Source: the human T2T-CHM13v2.0 reference genome, Homo sapiens. Taken from it: a stretch of DNA of 64,000 nucleotides. Numbering within the stretch: the first letter of the stretch is position 1; every line of letters starts with the position of its first letter. The notes under the pieces are model-generated. The model was not told the origin of the DNA and searched no databases. It saw nothing but the letters and a program-made list of their open reading frames with translations. The stretch is taken from the NCBI RefSeq assembly GCF_009914755.1, contig NC_060931.1; one strand, written 5' to 3'. Positions 12,925 to 30,580 of this stretch are shown piece after piece. A program made the translations under genes and the position numbers.

Positions 12925-13235
12925 TCTTTTTGTTTGTTTGTTTGTTTTTAGCATAGAAACGGCATCTCACTCTGCCTCCCAGGCTGGTCTGCGGTGGCAT
13001 GATCTGAGTTCACTGCAGCCTCAAATTCCTGGGCTCAAGCCATCTTCCTGCCTCAGCCTCCTGAGTAGCTCGAATTATAGGTGCATGCCACCACACCTGG
13101 CTCTTTTTTTTTTTTTGTAGAGACAGGGCCTTGCTATGTTGGCCAGGCTCCTCTTGATCTCATGCCCTCAAACAATCCTGTCATCTCCACCTGCCAAAGC
13201 ACTGAGATTACAGGCATGAGCCACTGTGCCCAGCC
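12925..13235 (-). mobile_element. AluJ (a short Alu fragment also lies at ~12765-12828)
   Basis: Reverse Alu consensus. Confidence 0.9.
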
Positions 13236-14383
13236 CTTCTTAGACTTTTATAGGAAGTAGTAGACGTGGGGCGATTGCCATTTGGGGTTATTTTGCAATC
13301 AGGGGAAGTCCCGGTCAGTTGGCGGAACAGGAAATGTTTATGTCTGTGTTTGGCTAGTTTCAAACAGACAAACTGTTCTAATCTCTGCTAAATCATTTAT
13401 GAGACCAACAACGGGGTCTTGGAGTGTTCATGACTGACCTTCTCAACAGGTCAGGCAAAAACAAAGGAGTCATCTGAGGGTATTACAGAAGCCAGGAGAA
13501 AGAGACACAGAGTCTTATCTACCTCATGTGAGAAAGGGTAGTTCTCTGAGGTAATTCATTCCTGGAACACAAAAGGCGGGGCTAGGGATGGGTTTCAGGA
13601 AACAAAAGGGTGAAGGAATTTCTCAGTCATCACTGTTTTTCAGTACAGGGCTCAGGCAATGTTAGAAGCTTCCTGAAAGTTTCACACTATACTTTTGCTT
13701 AAAACAAATTGTGACTTGAACATATACATATATATATATATAAATCTGTGAAGGATTCATTAGCCACCATAAGGTCTACGTATCACACAGCAATGTCTAC
13801 TGTATCATAGAATAAATATAAACTAAATCAGTACTATCATTTATTTAATCTATGGATAATATTTAGTACATAAAACTTTGGGGACACCTGGTAATCACTC
13901 TGTGAACTCCCAGGCATCAACACCCTACAGGCTGGAAGTCACTGGCATAATAGAAAGCATCCTTGTTTTAGGAGTCAGCAACCTAGCCCTCAGTAATGAA
14001 GAGAACAAACTCCTTTCTTGTTTGTTAAACCACTCTTCTGTTTGTGAAAGTTCTATCTTGTTTAAACCACTCTTATTTAGTTGGGTTTTTCTGAGGGGCA
14101 AGGGGGCAAGAGTTGGTTATATGATACTCACCCTTTGTCCTAATTGATACATCTATTAACAAATGATGGCAAATTGATCTAGAGTGAACAGAGTGAAAAG
14201 ATTTGGAAAATATTTTGGGACCAGAATTGACATTTTGGTTATGCATTAAATATATGGTGTGAGAGATTTGACTCCTAAATTTTTAGCTTTTGCAACAAAG
14301 CATGTAGTAGTTTCATTTACTAAGATGGGGGAAGACAAAACTAGTTAAAGGGGAGGAAAATAAATTTTAAATGAATACTATAT

Positions 14384-14722
<339 letters not shown>

Positions 14723-14797
14723 CTAATTTATGGCAATCTTGATGATTATGTATATTTCAATCAATAGATTTTAGAAGTTAGCAAAGCTTACAGAAGT

Positions 14798-15315
14798 ATA
14801 TACCCAAAGGAAGAAAAATCATTCTACCATAAAGACACATGCTCATATATGGTCATCACAGCACTATTAACAATAGCAAAGACATGAATCAGCCTAAATG
14901 CCCATCAATGATAGACTGGATAAAGAAAGTGTGGTACATATATGTCACAGAATACTATGAAGCCATAAAAAAAGAATAAGGTCATGTACTTTGCAGCAAC
15001 ATAGATGAAGCTGGAGGCCATCATCCTCAGTGAATTAACGCGGGAACAGAAAACCAAATATCACATGTTCTCACTTATAAGTGGGAACTAAGCATTGAGT
15101 ACATATGGACCCAAAGAAGAGAACAAAAGACACATGTGCCTACTTGAGGATGGATAGTGGAGTTGGGTGAGGATTGAAAAACGACCTATTGGGTACTATG
15201 CTTACTATCCAAGTGATGAAATAATCTGTACACCAACCCCCCATGACACACAACTTACTGGTATAACAAACCTGCACATGTACCCCAAACCTAAAATAAA
15301 TAAAAGTTTAAAAAA
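14798..15315 (+). mobile_element. L1 3' end (old L1PA/L1PB-like)
   Basis: L1 3'UTR motifs catgttctcacttataagtgggaacta and aacaaacctgcacatgtacccc, ending in aataaa and an A tail. Confidence 0.9.
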
Positions 15316-15351
15316 CATTTCTAATCCCACCATTAGAAAAATAAAGTATAA

Positions 15352-15650
15352 GGCGGGGCGCAGTGGCTCATGCCTGTAATCCCAGCACTTTGGGAGGCTG
15401 AGGCAGGAGGATCATGAGGTCAGGAGACTGAGACCATCCTGGCTAACATGGTGAAACCCCGTCTATCCTAGAAATACAAAAAATTAGCCAGGCATGGTGT
15501 TACGCGCCTGTATTCCCAGCTACTCGGGAGGCTGAGGTGAAGAATCGCTTGAACACGGGAGGAGTAGGTTGCAGTGAGCCTAGATCACACCACTGCACTC
15601 CAGCCTGGGCAACAGAGTAAGACTCTGTCTCAAAAAAAGAAATAAATAAA
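15352..15650 (+). mobile_element. AluS
   Basis: Full dimer. Confidence 0.95.
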
Positions 15651-15784
15651 TTTTAAAAAAAAGAAAAAGAAAGTATAATATAAATTGGTTCCTTTTTAAA
15701 AAGGCTTTTATAAATAAAAACTCTTCTTATTTTCTTAAATGAGAAGACTTGTGATGTTAAAGAAACAATAAAATAAAAATCCCT

Positions 15785-18260
<2,476 letters not shown>

Positions 18261-19456
18261 TTTTTAAATTTCAGCTTTTATTTTAGATTCAAGGGGATAC
18301 ATGTACAGGTTTGTTACCTAGGTATATCACATGATGCTGAGGTTTGGGGTACAACTGATCCCATCCCCCAGGTACTGAGTGTAGTATCCAATAGTTAGTT
18401 TTTCAACCCTTGCCCCACCTCCCTTCTTCCCCTTTTAATAGTCTCAAGTGTCTATTTTCACCATCTTTATGTCCGTGAGTACCCAATGTTTAGTTCCCAA
18501 TTATAAGTGAGAATGTGCAGTATTTATTTTTCTTTCCCTGTGTTAATTCCAATATCCTGCTTAGGATAATGGGCTCCAGCTGTATGCATGTTGCTACAAA
18601 GAACATGATTTCATTCTTTTTTACAGCTGTGCCATATTCCATGGCATATATGCATATGTTTTCTTTATCCAACCCACCATTGATGGGCACCTAGGTTGAT
18701 TCCATGTCTTTGCTATCGTGTACTGTATTGCAAGGAACATGCAAGTGCATGAATTCTTTTGGTGGAACAATTTATTTTCTTTTAGATATGTACCTGGTGA
18801 TGGAGTTGCTGTGTCAAATGGTTGTCCTGTTTTAAGTTCTTTGAGAAATCTCCAAATTGCTTTCCACAATGGCTAAAGAAATTTGCATTTTCACCAACAG
18901 TATGTAAGTGTTCTCTTTTCTCCACAGCCTCACCAGTATCTGTTGTTTCTTGACGTTTTAATAATAGCTATTCTGCCCAATATGAGATAGCATCCCAGTA
19001 TGGATTGATTTGCACTTCTCTGATGATTAGTGATGTGGAGCATTTTTTCATGTTTGTTGACTGCTTGTATGTCTTCTTTCCAGAAGTGTCTGTTCTTACT
19101 TTTTGCCCATTTTTTAAATGAGTTTGTTTTTTGCTTCTTCAATTGTTTAAGTTTCTTATGGATTCTGGATATTAGACCTTTGTCAGATGCATATTTTGTG
19201 AATATCTTCTCCCATTGTGTAGGCTGTCTGATTACTCTGCTAAAAGTTTCTTTTGCTGTGCAGAATCTCTTTAGTTTAATTAGGTCCCATTTGTCTATTT
19301 TTGTTTTTGTTGCAATCGCTTTTGAGGATTTAGTCATAAAGTAATTCCCAAGGTCAATGTCCAGAATGGTGTTTCCTAGGTTTTCTTTTGGATTCCTGTA
19401 GTTCGAGGTCTTCCACTTAAATCTTTAATCCTCTTGAGTTAAATTTTGTAACTGGT

Positions 19457-19949
<493 letters not shown>

Positions 19950-20550
19950 CTATCCCAGCACCATGTATTGAATAGTGAGTACTTTCCCCATTGCTTATTT
20001 TTGTCAACTTTGTTGAAGATCAGATTACTGCTATTGGCTTTATTTCTGGGTTCTCTATTCTGTTCCATTGGTCCACGTGTCTGCTTTTTTACCAGTACCC
20101 TGCTGTTTTGGTTACTGTAGCCTTATTGTATAGTTTGAAGTTGGGTAATGTGATGCCTCTGGATTTGTTCTTTTTGCTTAGGGTTGCTTTGGCCATTCGG
20201 CCTCTTTTTTTGGTTCCATATGAATTTTAAAAGAGTTTTTTCCTAGTTCTGTGAGAAAGGACATTGGTAGTTTGATAGGGATAGCATTGAATCTGTAGAT
20301 TGCTTTGGACAGTATGGCCATTTTAATGATCATTTTAATCATATTGATTAGTCCAATTCATAATCCTTGTTTGTGTCATCTATGATTTCTTTAAGCAATG
20401 TTTTATAATTCCCCTTGTAAAGATATTTCACCTCCTTGGTTAGATAGATTCCTAGGTATTTTATTTTTAGTTTTTGTTGCTATTGTAAATGGGATTGCAT
20501 TCTTGACTTGGCTCTCAATTTGAACATTATTATTATTATAATTATTTTTT

Positions 20551-20881
20551 AAAGAGAAAGGCTGACTGCCACATGCAGTGCCTCATTCAGATGTGTCTGG
20601 AGTCTTGGAAGCTTTACTACCCTATGTTCTCCTACAAATGGATTTTGAGAGCTTGTTTGGAGGTTCTAGCAGGGAATGCAGCCATTGGTACACCCTTGAG
20701 TGAAAACAAGTCCTCCTCTGTCAGGGATGGTCATCCTCTTTGACCAACCGCACAGCTTTGGGAGGAACACACATGGAGCTGTGAGGGAGAAAGGGGACAC
20801 CTGCCTAGCCAGCCAGATCAGCTGAATCAACCCTCGTGATTAATGGGGTGACAGATGTCACAACCAGATCGCCCTCACCTC
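20551..20881 (-). pseudogene. 7SK snRNA retropseudogene (RN7SKP family), near full length
   Basis: Reverse strand GTGAGGGCGATCTGG...ACATCTGTCACCCCATT...GCTAGAACCTCCAAACAAGCTCTCAA...CTGCATGTGGCAGTC matches 7SK; decayed A tail at 20532-20550; TSD tttgaacattatt at 20519-20531 and 20886-20898. Confidence 0.95.
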
Positions 20882-21467
20882 TGAGTTTGAACATTATTGG
20901 TGTATAGAAATGCTACTGATTTTTGTATATTGATTGTGTATCCTGAAACTTTACTGAAGTTGTTTATCAGCTTCAGGAGTTTTTGACAGTCTTTAGGGTT
21001 TTCAAGGTATGTAATTCTATATATAATGTGTGTGTGTTTTATTTTTTAAAAAATGTTTCTTTTATCATAGGTTTTCAGCAATTTGATTGTGACAGTTTAT
21101 TTGTTTGTAGCCTACTTGTACTTTATTGAGCTTCTCAAATCTGTGGGTTCAGAGTTGTAATCAAGTTAAGAATATTTCTAACCATTATTTCTTAAATAGT
21201 TTTTTCTTTCTCTGTTACCTCTTTCTGCCACTCCCAGTACACATATGTTATACTGTCTGATATTGTCTCAAAATTCATAAAAGTCCATTCATTTCCTGTC
21301 AGTCTTTTTTCTCTTTGTGCTTCGGTTTGGATAGTTTCTATTGCTATATGTTGAAGTTCAATGAATTTTTCTGTTGCAATTTCTTATCTTTGGATATATA
21401 AGTCCTTTGACTTTTTTATTTCAGTTATTGTATTTTTCAACACAAGAAGTTCCATTTATTGTTGTAA

Positions 21468-21785
<318 letters not shown>

Positions 21786-22339
21786 CTCCATTTTTCTTTA
21801 AATCCTTGCACATAATTATAATAACTGTTTTAGAGTCTCTATCTGCTAATTCCGTTGCCCCTGCCATTTCAGGATCTCTTTATTGCCCTTTTGCTTTTCT
21901 TCCTGGTATAGATCAAGTATTTCTTCTTCTTTGAATATCTAGCAATTTTTGTTTAGATGATGGACATTATAATTTTTATGTGGTTGAGTGTCTGAATCTT
22001 GTTTTCTCCCTTTAATGATCTTAAAGTTTGTTTTGGTAAACAGTTCAGTTAAATGTGGATCAGCTGTACTCTTTGGAGGTTTGTCTTCAGGCTTTGTTAG
22101 TATGGGTCTATGCTACCCTTTACTTTAGGACTATTTAGTGCTAGTACTAAGGCATGCCTCTTGTGAGATCTCTATTGAATGTCCTGTGAAGTTAACAGCA
22201 TCTTTTCCTTTTTGGGTGGTAGGAACTCTAGTATTTCCAAACCTGGTATGAAACCTGGAAATTGTTCAGCTTATAATTTTCTGGCTATTATACTTTGACT
22301 GGTTTTATAGAGTTTTACTTAACACATGTCTAAAATTGA

Positions 22340-22724
<385 letters not shown>

Positions 22725-22752
22725 TAAAATACCTGCCACTTTGAATTCCTAA

Positions 22753-23365
<613 letters not shown>

Positions 23366-23924
23366 TTAGAAACTCCGTGTTCATGGTCAGGAGTTTCTGA
23401 CTGTTGGATACACAATAGAACGGGTAATTGATTTCATTACCCTTCCCAATAAAAGTCATTATCTGTAGAACCTTTCTATTGGGCATCTTATTTTGAAACT
23501 CAGCTATTCCTGAGTTCAGGTCTTTTTTGGTTAAGTGTCTTCAGAAGATAAACCTTTGATTTTCTCTTAGGGTGGTCCAGCAATTCTCTCTTTTTTTCTG
23601 TTGTTTAATAGTATTCTGAAGATATTTTTCTCTTACTTTTGATATTTTCAGAATTAGTTTTAATTTAAAATCTGCTTGATCTTTTATTCATACTGTTTTA
23701 TGTTATTACGCTGCCTATCTTTCTTTTACTTCTTTAATCACTTTAGGTTTATTTTGTAGTCTTTTTCAGATTGTTATATTATCTGTACTTTGTAGGTGTT
23801 AATACTCCTGTTGGTTGTATTACAAATAACAAATATTGTTATTTGTTTCCTTATATGTTTTAAAATTTGTGATTATGTGTAAGCAGCAGTTTTTTATTTG
23901 CTTATGACTGCAGCCTTTGGATTT

Positions 23925-24040
23925 TATATACATATGTATATGCATATATATACATATACACCTATATATACATGCATATACACACATACATAAAGCATAT
24001 TCATACATCTATTTATATATATTTATACACTTATATATTT
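23925..24040. repeat. Degenerate (TA/CA)n low-complexity tract
   Basis: Visible alternating repeat. Confidence 0.85.
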
Positions 24041-24761
24041 AAATTTAATCAGCGTTTCAATTTATCTATAGATGCATCTTCCATATCAGTTTAGTCTGAA
24101 ATATGGCTGAAATATGCCTGGAATTTCTTTGAAATGTTGGGATGATTATGTACATTTGGGTGTGCTTGTATGTAAGCAAGGGAGAGGAGGAGTAAAAAAA
24201 GAACAGTTTTGTTTTAAATTACAGAGAAAAGGTAGTACACTTATTAGTGAATTCACATTCCTTCTCTGCATCAGAACTACTCTTCCCTTGTGAAACTTGA
24301 TTACCTCTTCCTTGTACACATGTATCCAGCCACACACTGAGTTATTTTAAATGTACCACCTAAAAATTTCTCCAAGTTGTACGCTACTTTCTCCTTATTT
24401 CAGAGCTTTAATATACTTCAATGGATTTAGGCAATATTTCCTAAAAACGAAACAAAAATCCCTACATTCTGTCGTGTTCCCTCTTGTCCTACGTGGACTG
24501 CATAGGGATCTCTCTTAAACACAAGTCTGATCATGTCATTTCTCGCCTGAAATGATTGAATAGTTTCCAACTACTCTTTGGATAAAGGTGAAAATCCGTA
24601 ACATGTCCCAAAGACCAGCATGTTCTGTTCTTGACTCATTCTATAGCCTCATATACGACATTTCTTCAGCACACTAACCTTTCAGTTCCTCGGGTGCACC
24701 AAGTTCCCTTCCACACACTACTCACTCTGCTTATAATATTTCAGAAAATTACAATTAAATA

Positions 24762-25085
<324 letters not shown>

Positions 25086-26684
25086 TTACGATTAAATTCT
25101 TAATCCTATAATATTTTAATTAAATGTCTCCATAAACTGTAAGTTCCAGGAAGGCAGGAACCAGTCTTGTTCCAGTTCTTAAGCAGGTACTTGGGACACA
25201 AAATATACTCAATAAATATTTGTTTAAAGAAGGAAAGTTGAAAAGAAGGACATGAAATAGCAAGGGATTTAATTTGAACGAGCTTTTGTTAACGTGAAAT
25301 TGATCCAACTATAAACTAAGGTAAATAATTGACAATACATTCCATTCTATTTTGATAAGAAAGGAAAATAAATGAACTTGTTTTCTCTCCTCAGTAAAGA
25401 AAAAAGACATTTAGAAAGAGGACTTAAGGAATAGAAGTGGAAGTATAAGCATTTTACTACCTTCTTATTTTCACTAATTCACTTATCATGGAATGAATTT
25501 TAAAGTTGCAACTTGAGATCCTGAGACAATTTCTTCCTACCACTACCAATACAGCCAGTTCCGCTTAGTATGACTTATTATGTTTTTGGAACATTGTTTT
25601 AATAAAGTAGCAACTTTTGGGGGTAGTTTATAATAATAAAGAATTATATAGGTCTAAGTTTTATAAGAGAAAAGAAAGAATTATAACCTCTCATTTTTAG
25701 TTTGCCATTGTGCCTTTTTTCCCTTTTTCCCCTAAAGTAGAGTTTTTAATTAGCATTCTGCTTTTCAATTAATAAAAACATTGTGTATATTCAGGCGCCT
25801 TATACAAAATTATTGATCCTTACAGTAGAGGGCAGCAGAGGAGCACATCTCAAGACAAAAATCCTGGGATACATCCCAAGTCCCCTTGTTAAGGCTCCCC
25901 TTGGAATGATGTGTGGCTAGGTCATTAAGAGGAAGACAAGCAATTTGAGAAGATAGAAGTTGAGAAGCGATAGTGACTATGAGGTGGCTAAATATCTCAA
26001 AATTTGGAAAACTCAAAGAATTTTATATGTCTTGATTTTTGAACATATATATTTTATATCTTATTCCCCTGGACAGAAATATGCATGATGTGCATAATAT
26101 TATTAACGGTAGCAGACCCTGGCTTTTCTTACTTTCTGTCTTTAATGGTTCACCCTTGCTTTTATTGAAAACCCAAAAGTGATGAGTTTTAAATGGGTTT
26201 GTGTTTATTACACAGATGAAGGGAGTTTAAGTATAAGCTGTAAACATTTTTGATCCTTCTAAAGATCATACTTAGGAATTAATTTCTATGTTTTGTCATC
26301 TAATATTTTTCTTGTTTGCTTGAGTGAACTAGGAAGGTTACTGAACTTAGAGAAAGAAATATATTCTGTGGCATTGTATACCTTGGACTATGAGACACGG
26401 CAAATCACAGAGGCAAAGCACATGCCAAATGACTCCAAAGATACTTCTGTTGACTGAGAAGCAGTGCAATGCAGTGTTCAGCTATGACGAGGCTATCAAA
26501 TGAGAATATGTAGGTTTCATGGAATTTATATAAAGCCCTAAAGTCGGTAAAGCTTGAGAGATGGAGCTATCATTTATTTTTTAGCTTCCCTGTCACAGGA
26601 GGAATTAGAAGTTGAAAGGAAAGCAAGTGCGATGTTCTGGTTTATATACTTGGTTGTACTTTTAGGCCAATCACACAGAGTCAC

Positions 26685-26996
26685 TTTATTTATTTATTTA
26701 TTTATTTTGAGACAGAATCTGGCTCTGTCACCCAGGCTGGAGTACAGTGGCACGATCTCGGCTCCCTGCAACCTCTGTCTCCCAGGTTCAAGCAATTCTC
26801 CTGCCCTCCTGCCTCAGCCTCCCTAGTAGCTGGGATTACAGGTGCCCACCACCATACCCGGCTAATTTTTGTATTTTTAGTAGAGATGGGATTTCACCAT
26901 GTTGGCCAGAGTGGTCTTGAACTCCTGACCTCGTGGTCTGCCCTCTTCGACTTCCCAAAGTGCTGGGATTACAGGTGTGAGCCACTGCACCTGGCT
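26685..26996 (-). mobile_element. AluS with (TTTA)n tail
   Basis: TSD agagtcact. Confidence 0.95.
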
Positions 26997-27370
26997 GAGA
27001 GTCACTGTTAAAAGGGAAATATGCCCCCTTATTTACGGGAAAATCTGTTCAAGAGTGGTGCCATCCGTAGTACCTGGAAGACTTGGATAGTTCTGGATAT
27101 CCAATAACTGGATATCAAATAATCGATGACATTTGGCCAGAGAAAGCCCCCACAAAAATTTATGCTGCAAAAGGGAAACATTATTTTCTCTACTACACTA
27201 AAAAATTACTGTAATACAATAGTTTCTATAGCGTGGAAGCAGATTATCTTCAGGATGTTCATTTTTGTTCAGTTAGAAATATATTCATCTGTAGAATACA
27301 ATTATTTTGATAATAATAGCCACAATTATAATAATAACAATAGCTATTTGTATTGATAATAACATAATTC

Positions 27371-27769
27371 CACACTTCACAAAGTCCAAGATACATTTTT
27401 TTTTCATCTTCACATATTGTCATGACACTTTTGACCTTGGGAGCACCTATAATTGATGGTGGGCTACAGTCATTGTCAGCCAGGAGGGACTTAGTTTCCA
27501 TTGCCTGTGAATGCACAGGTCATTTATAGCTGTTTATGCCATATTGAAAGATACTGTGCCCACAGAAAACCATAGAAACAGATGTGTGACATACAATTAA
27601 GTATGTCTAAGTAAGGTTAAAAAAAAGATCTTTCAGTAAGTATAAAATAACAATTCTAAGGGATAAGAAAGCATTGTTATAATTTAGGCAGTATTTTGTT
27701 TTCCCTGTTGGTACATAAAATAATGGTGTGTGTTACAACCAGTGGTGTCTCAGGTTTCATAAAATACGA
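27371..27769 (+). mobile_element. MER96B-like hAT DNA transposon
   Basis: End ggtacataaaataatggtgtgtgttacaac...aaaatacg resembles the MER96B terminus. Confidence 0.55.
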
Positions 27770-29705
27770 TATTTTTATACACATTTAATTATTAAGGAAT
27801 CTGATGCTCAGAAAGACTAAGAAAGTTTTTTAAAAAGCACAATGAAATATAGTTCCATGTATAATGAGTTGCTACATAGTCTAAATAGACAGGTTAAAAG
27901 TGACTATTTCACACCTTCATTCTTACCTTCTTTCCCAATCGAGTTTTCCTTTACAACTGTTCACATACTTATACCTATTAATATAAAAATAAAGTTACAC
28001 CTTCATAAATGCATTTTTTAAAAAAACACCCAGAATGCCTATTGAGAACAAAAAAGGCAATCAGGACTATGATGTTCTGTTGTCACAGAAAATGGATTCT
28101 TCAAACACTAACAATTAAAAAGTTTATTTGATTAATCATTAAATTCATACATAATTAAAATAAATTATGTGTTATGGGAAGTTTATACCATGAAGCTGCT
28201 TAAAACCCATAACAAAGTTTAAGGATTAACCCTATCCAAAACTTGATTGTCTGAACATTCTTGAGTGCCCTATATATTTTTTAAATGCACTGATATAAAA
28301 AATAGAATATTTTATTACAAATTTTATATCCTCTTGTTATCACCAATTTCATGTTTCTTTGCTCTCCAAGTAGAGTGAGAGTATGAGACAGAACTTGGAA
28401 GTCAATACACTCAGAAAGCCAACTGGCCCAGTAAACAATAACTGGTCATATTTTGTAGGATCACGTGACAGTTTTAATGTCCAAATAAGCATCAGGCTTT
28501 GGATCCAGTTCAAATTCACACTTAGCTTTTACCTCTGGCAAGAAAGTTCTAGCTGCAGTCCTCATTTATCACATGCCTACAAAGAAGGCACTTTCAGGTG
28601 CTGTGGGCCTGCATCATTATGTAAGCTGAGATTTTGTTTGATTCTGCAGAGTGCAGAGATGGAATTCAATTTGAATGCTGGCATTTGAAAGAGAAAGGCA
28701 TTTTACTAGTGACCTTGAGGATAACTTTCTGCCAGAGAGGTAAAGGCTATCTCATGCTAGGTTCTGGTGTTGAAGGCATTATTTCCTACGAAGTGCAGAG
28801 CTATTTGCAAATATCGTGTGCTGTGCATTACTAAGCAATGCAGATGGCTCTGTGTATTTCACTCCCTGGTGATTTACTTGGGATAAATAGAAAGGGTTTC
28901 TTGGAGGTAAAAAGCACCAAAATAGTCTACTCTTTACATTTCACAATTAGACATTCATTTGTTCTAACAAAGTTCTCTTTGGAATAACAATGCCATTTGC
29001 TTTAATCAGAGAGGAATCTAGCTGAAATCATTCCCAGGGAAAAGGAGTTTTAATTTAAAGGGAAGAATAATTAAAATAGAGGAAAGGCTACAGAAGTAGG
29101 TGGACAAATATTCACAGATATATTCTTTATCTCTCTGATGTCAACAATATCTATCTCTCCATATTAGTGTTTCTCTTACTCATTGAAATTTCTAGTAAAC
29201 AGGGGTGGGAACGTTTCTACACATAAACTAGGCCATTTAACAACAACTCAAGAAAACAAAGTTTGAAATGCATTTGTTTTTTGGTCAATGATAATTGCAT
29301 TTACGCCTTGAATTTAGACTGATTTACATGTCTACGAGTGGTAAAATGAGTAGAAGTTATCTTTTGATTAAGAATAGGGAAGAATTTTTAAAATCTGGGA
29401 TTCTCCATTAATGAAGTATTCAGTTGTATGTAACTCAACATTTTCCAGCAATGGCTGAGCAGCTACTTGTTAGAGATTGGGTAGAAGGGTTAGATATTAA
29501 AATGGTTTAATCATTAAAACTCTGTTATTTTCCCAATACTTTATAAAACAAAAAAAGATGAATTTTATGAACACTATTTCATGTCATTCAGTAGTAAAAT
29601 GCATTTGAAACATCATTAATCCATCTTTATAAAGGACCAAAACTTTGAATAGCTTCACTTGTCTTATATTGTCTTGGCTCAGTTCAAAACATAAGAGTTC
29701 TTTGA

Positions 29706-29805
29706 GAATCACTTGAACTCAGGAGGTGGAGGTTGCAGGGAGCCGAGATCGCACCACTGCACTCCAGCCTGGCAGCAGAGCTAGACTCCGTCTCAAAAAA
29801 AAAAA
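29706..29805 (+). mobile_element. 5'-truncated Alu
   Basis: Perfect TSD ataagagttctttga at 29691-29705 and 29808-29822. Confidence 0.92.
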
Positions 29806-29831
29806 TGATAAGAGTTCTTTGAACCTTAGAT

Positions 29832-30172
29832 TTTATTTATTTACTTTTATGTATCTATTTACTTATTTTGAAACAGAGTATTGCTCTGTTTCCCAGGCTA
29901 GGGTGCAGCAGGAGATCTCAACTCACTGCAACTTCCACCTCCCAGGTTCAAACGATTTTCCTGCCTCAGCCTCCAGAGTAGCTGGGACTCAGCCTCCAGA
30001 GTAGCTGGGATTACAGGCGTGCGCCACCACACCCAACTAATTTTCATATTTTTAGTAGAGACGGGGTTTCACCATGTTGGCCATGCTGGTCTCAAACTCC
30101 TGACCTCAAGTGATCCACCTGCCTCAGCCTCCCAAAGTGCTAGGATTATAGGCATGAGCCATTGCGCCTGGC
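29832..30172 (-). mobile_element. AluS with an internal 23-bp tandem duplication
   Basis: ctcagcctccagagtagctggga occurs twice in tandem. Confidence 0.93.
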
Positions 30173-30180
30173 TTTAAATT

Positions 30181-30580
30181 TATATATATGTACACATACG
30201 TATGTATACACACACACATGTGCATACATGTGTATATATACATGTGTATATATACATATGTGTGTATATACATACATGTGTATACATATATACATACGTG
30301 TGTATATACATACATGTGTATACATATATACATGTGTATATATACACACATGTGTGTATATACGTGTATATATACATGCATGTGTGTATATATACATGCA
30401 TGTGTGTGTATATACACATACATGTATATACACATACATGTATATATACACATACATGTGTGTATATATACACATACACGCGTGTATATATACACATACA
30501 TGTTACATATACACATACATGTTATATATACACACATATATGTATATATACACACATGTATGTATGTGTGTATATATATA
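30181..30580. repeat. ~400-bp compound (TA/TG/CA)n microsatellite
   Basis: Almost uninterrupted purine-pyrimidine alternation. Confidence 0.95.
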
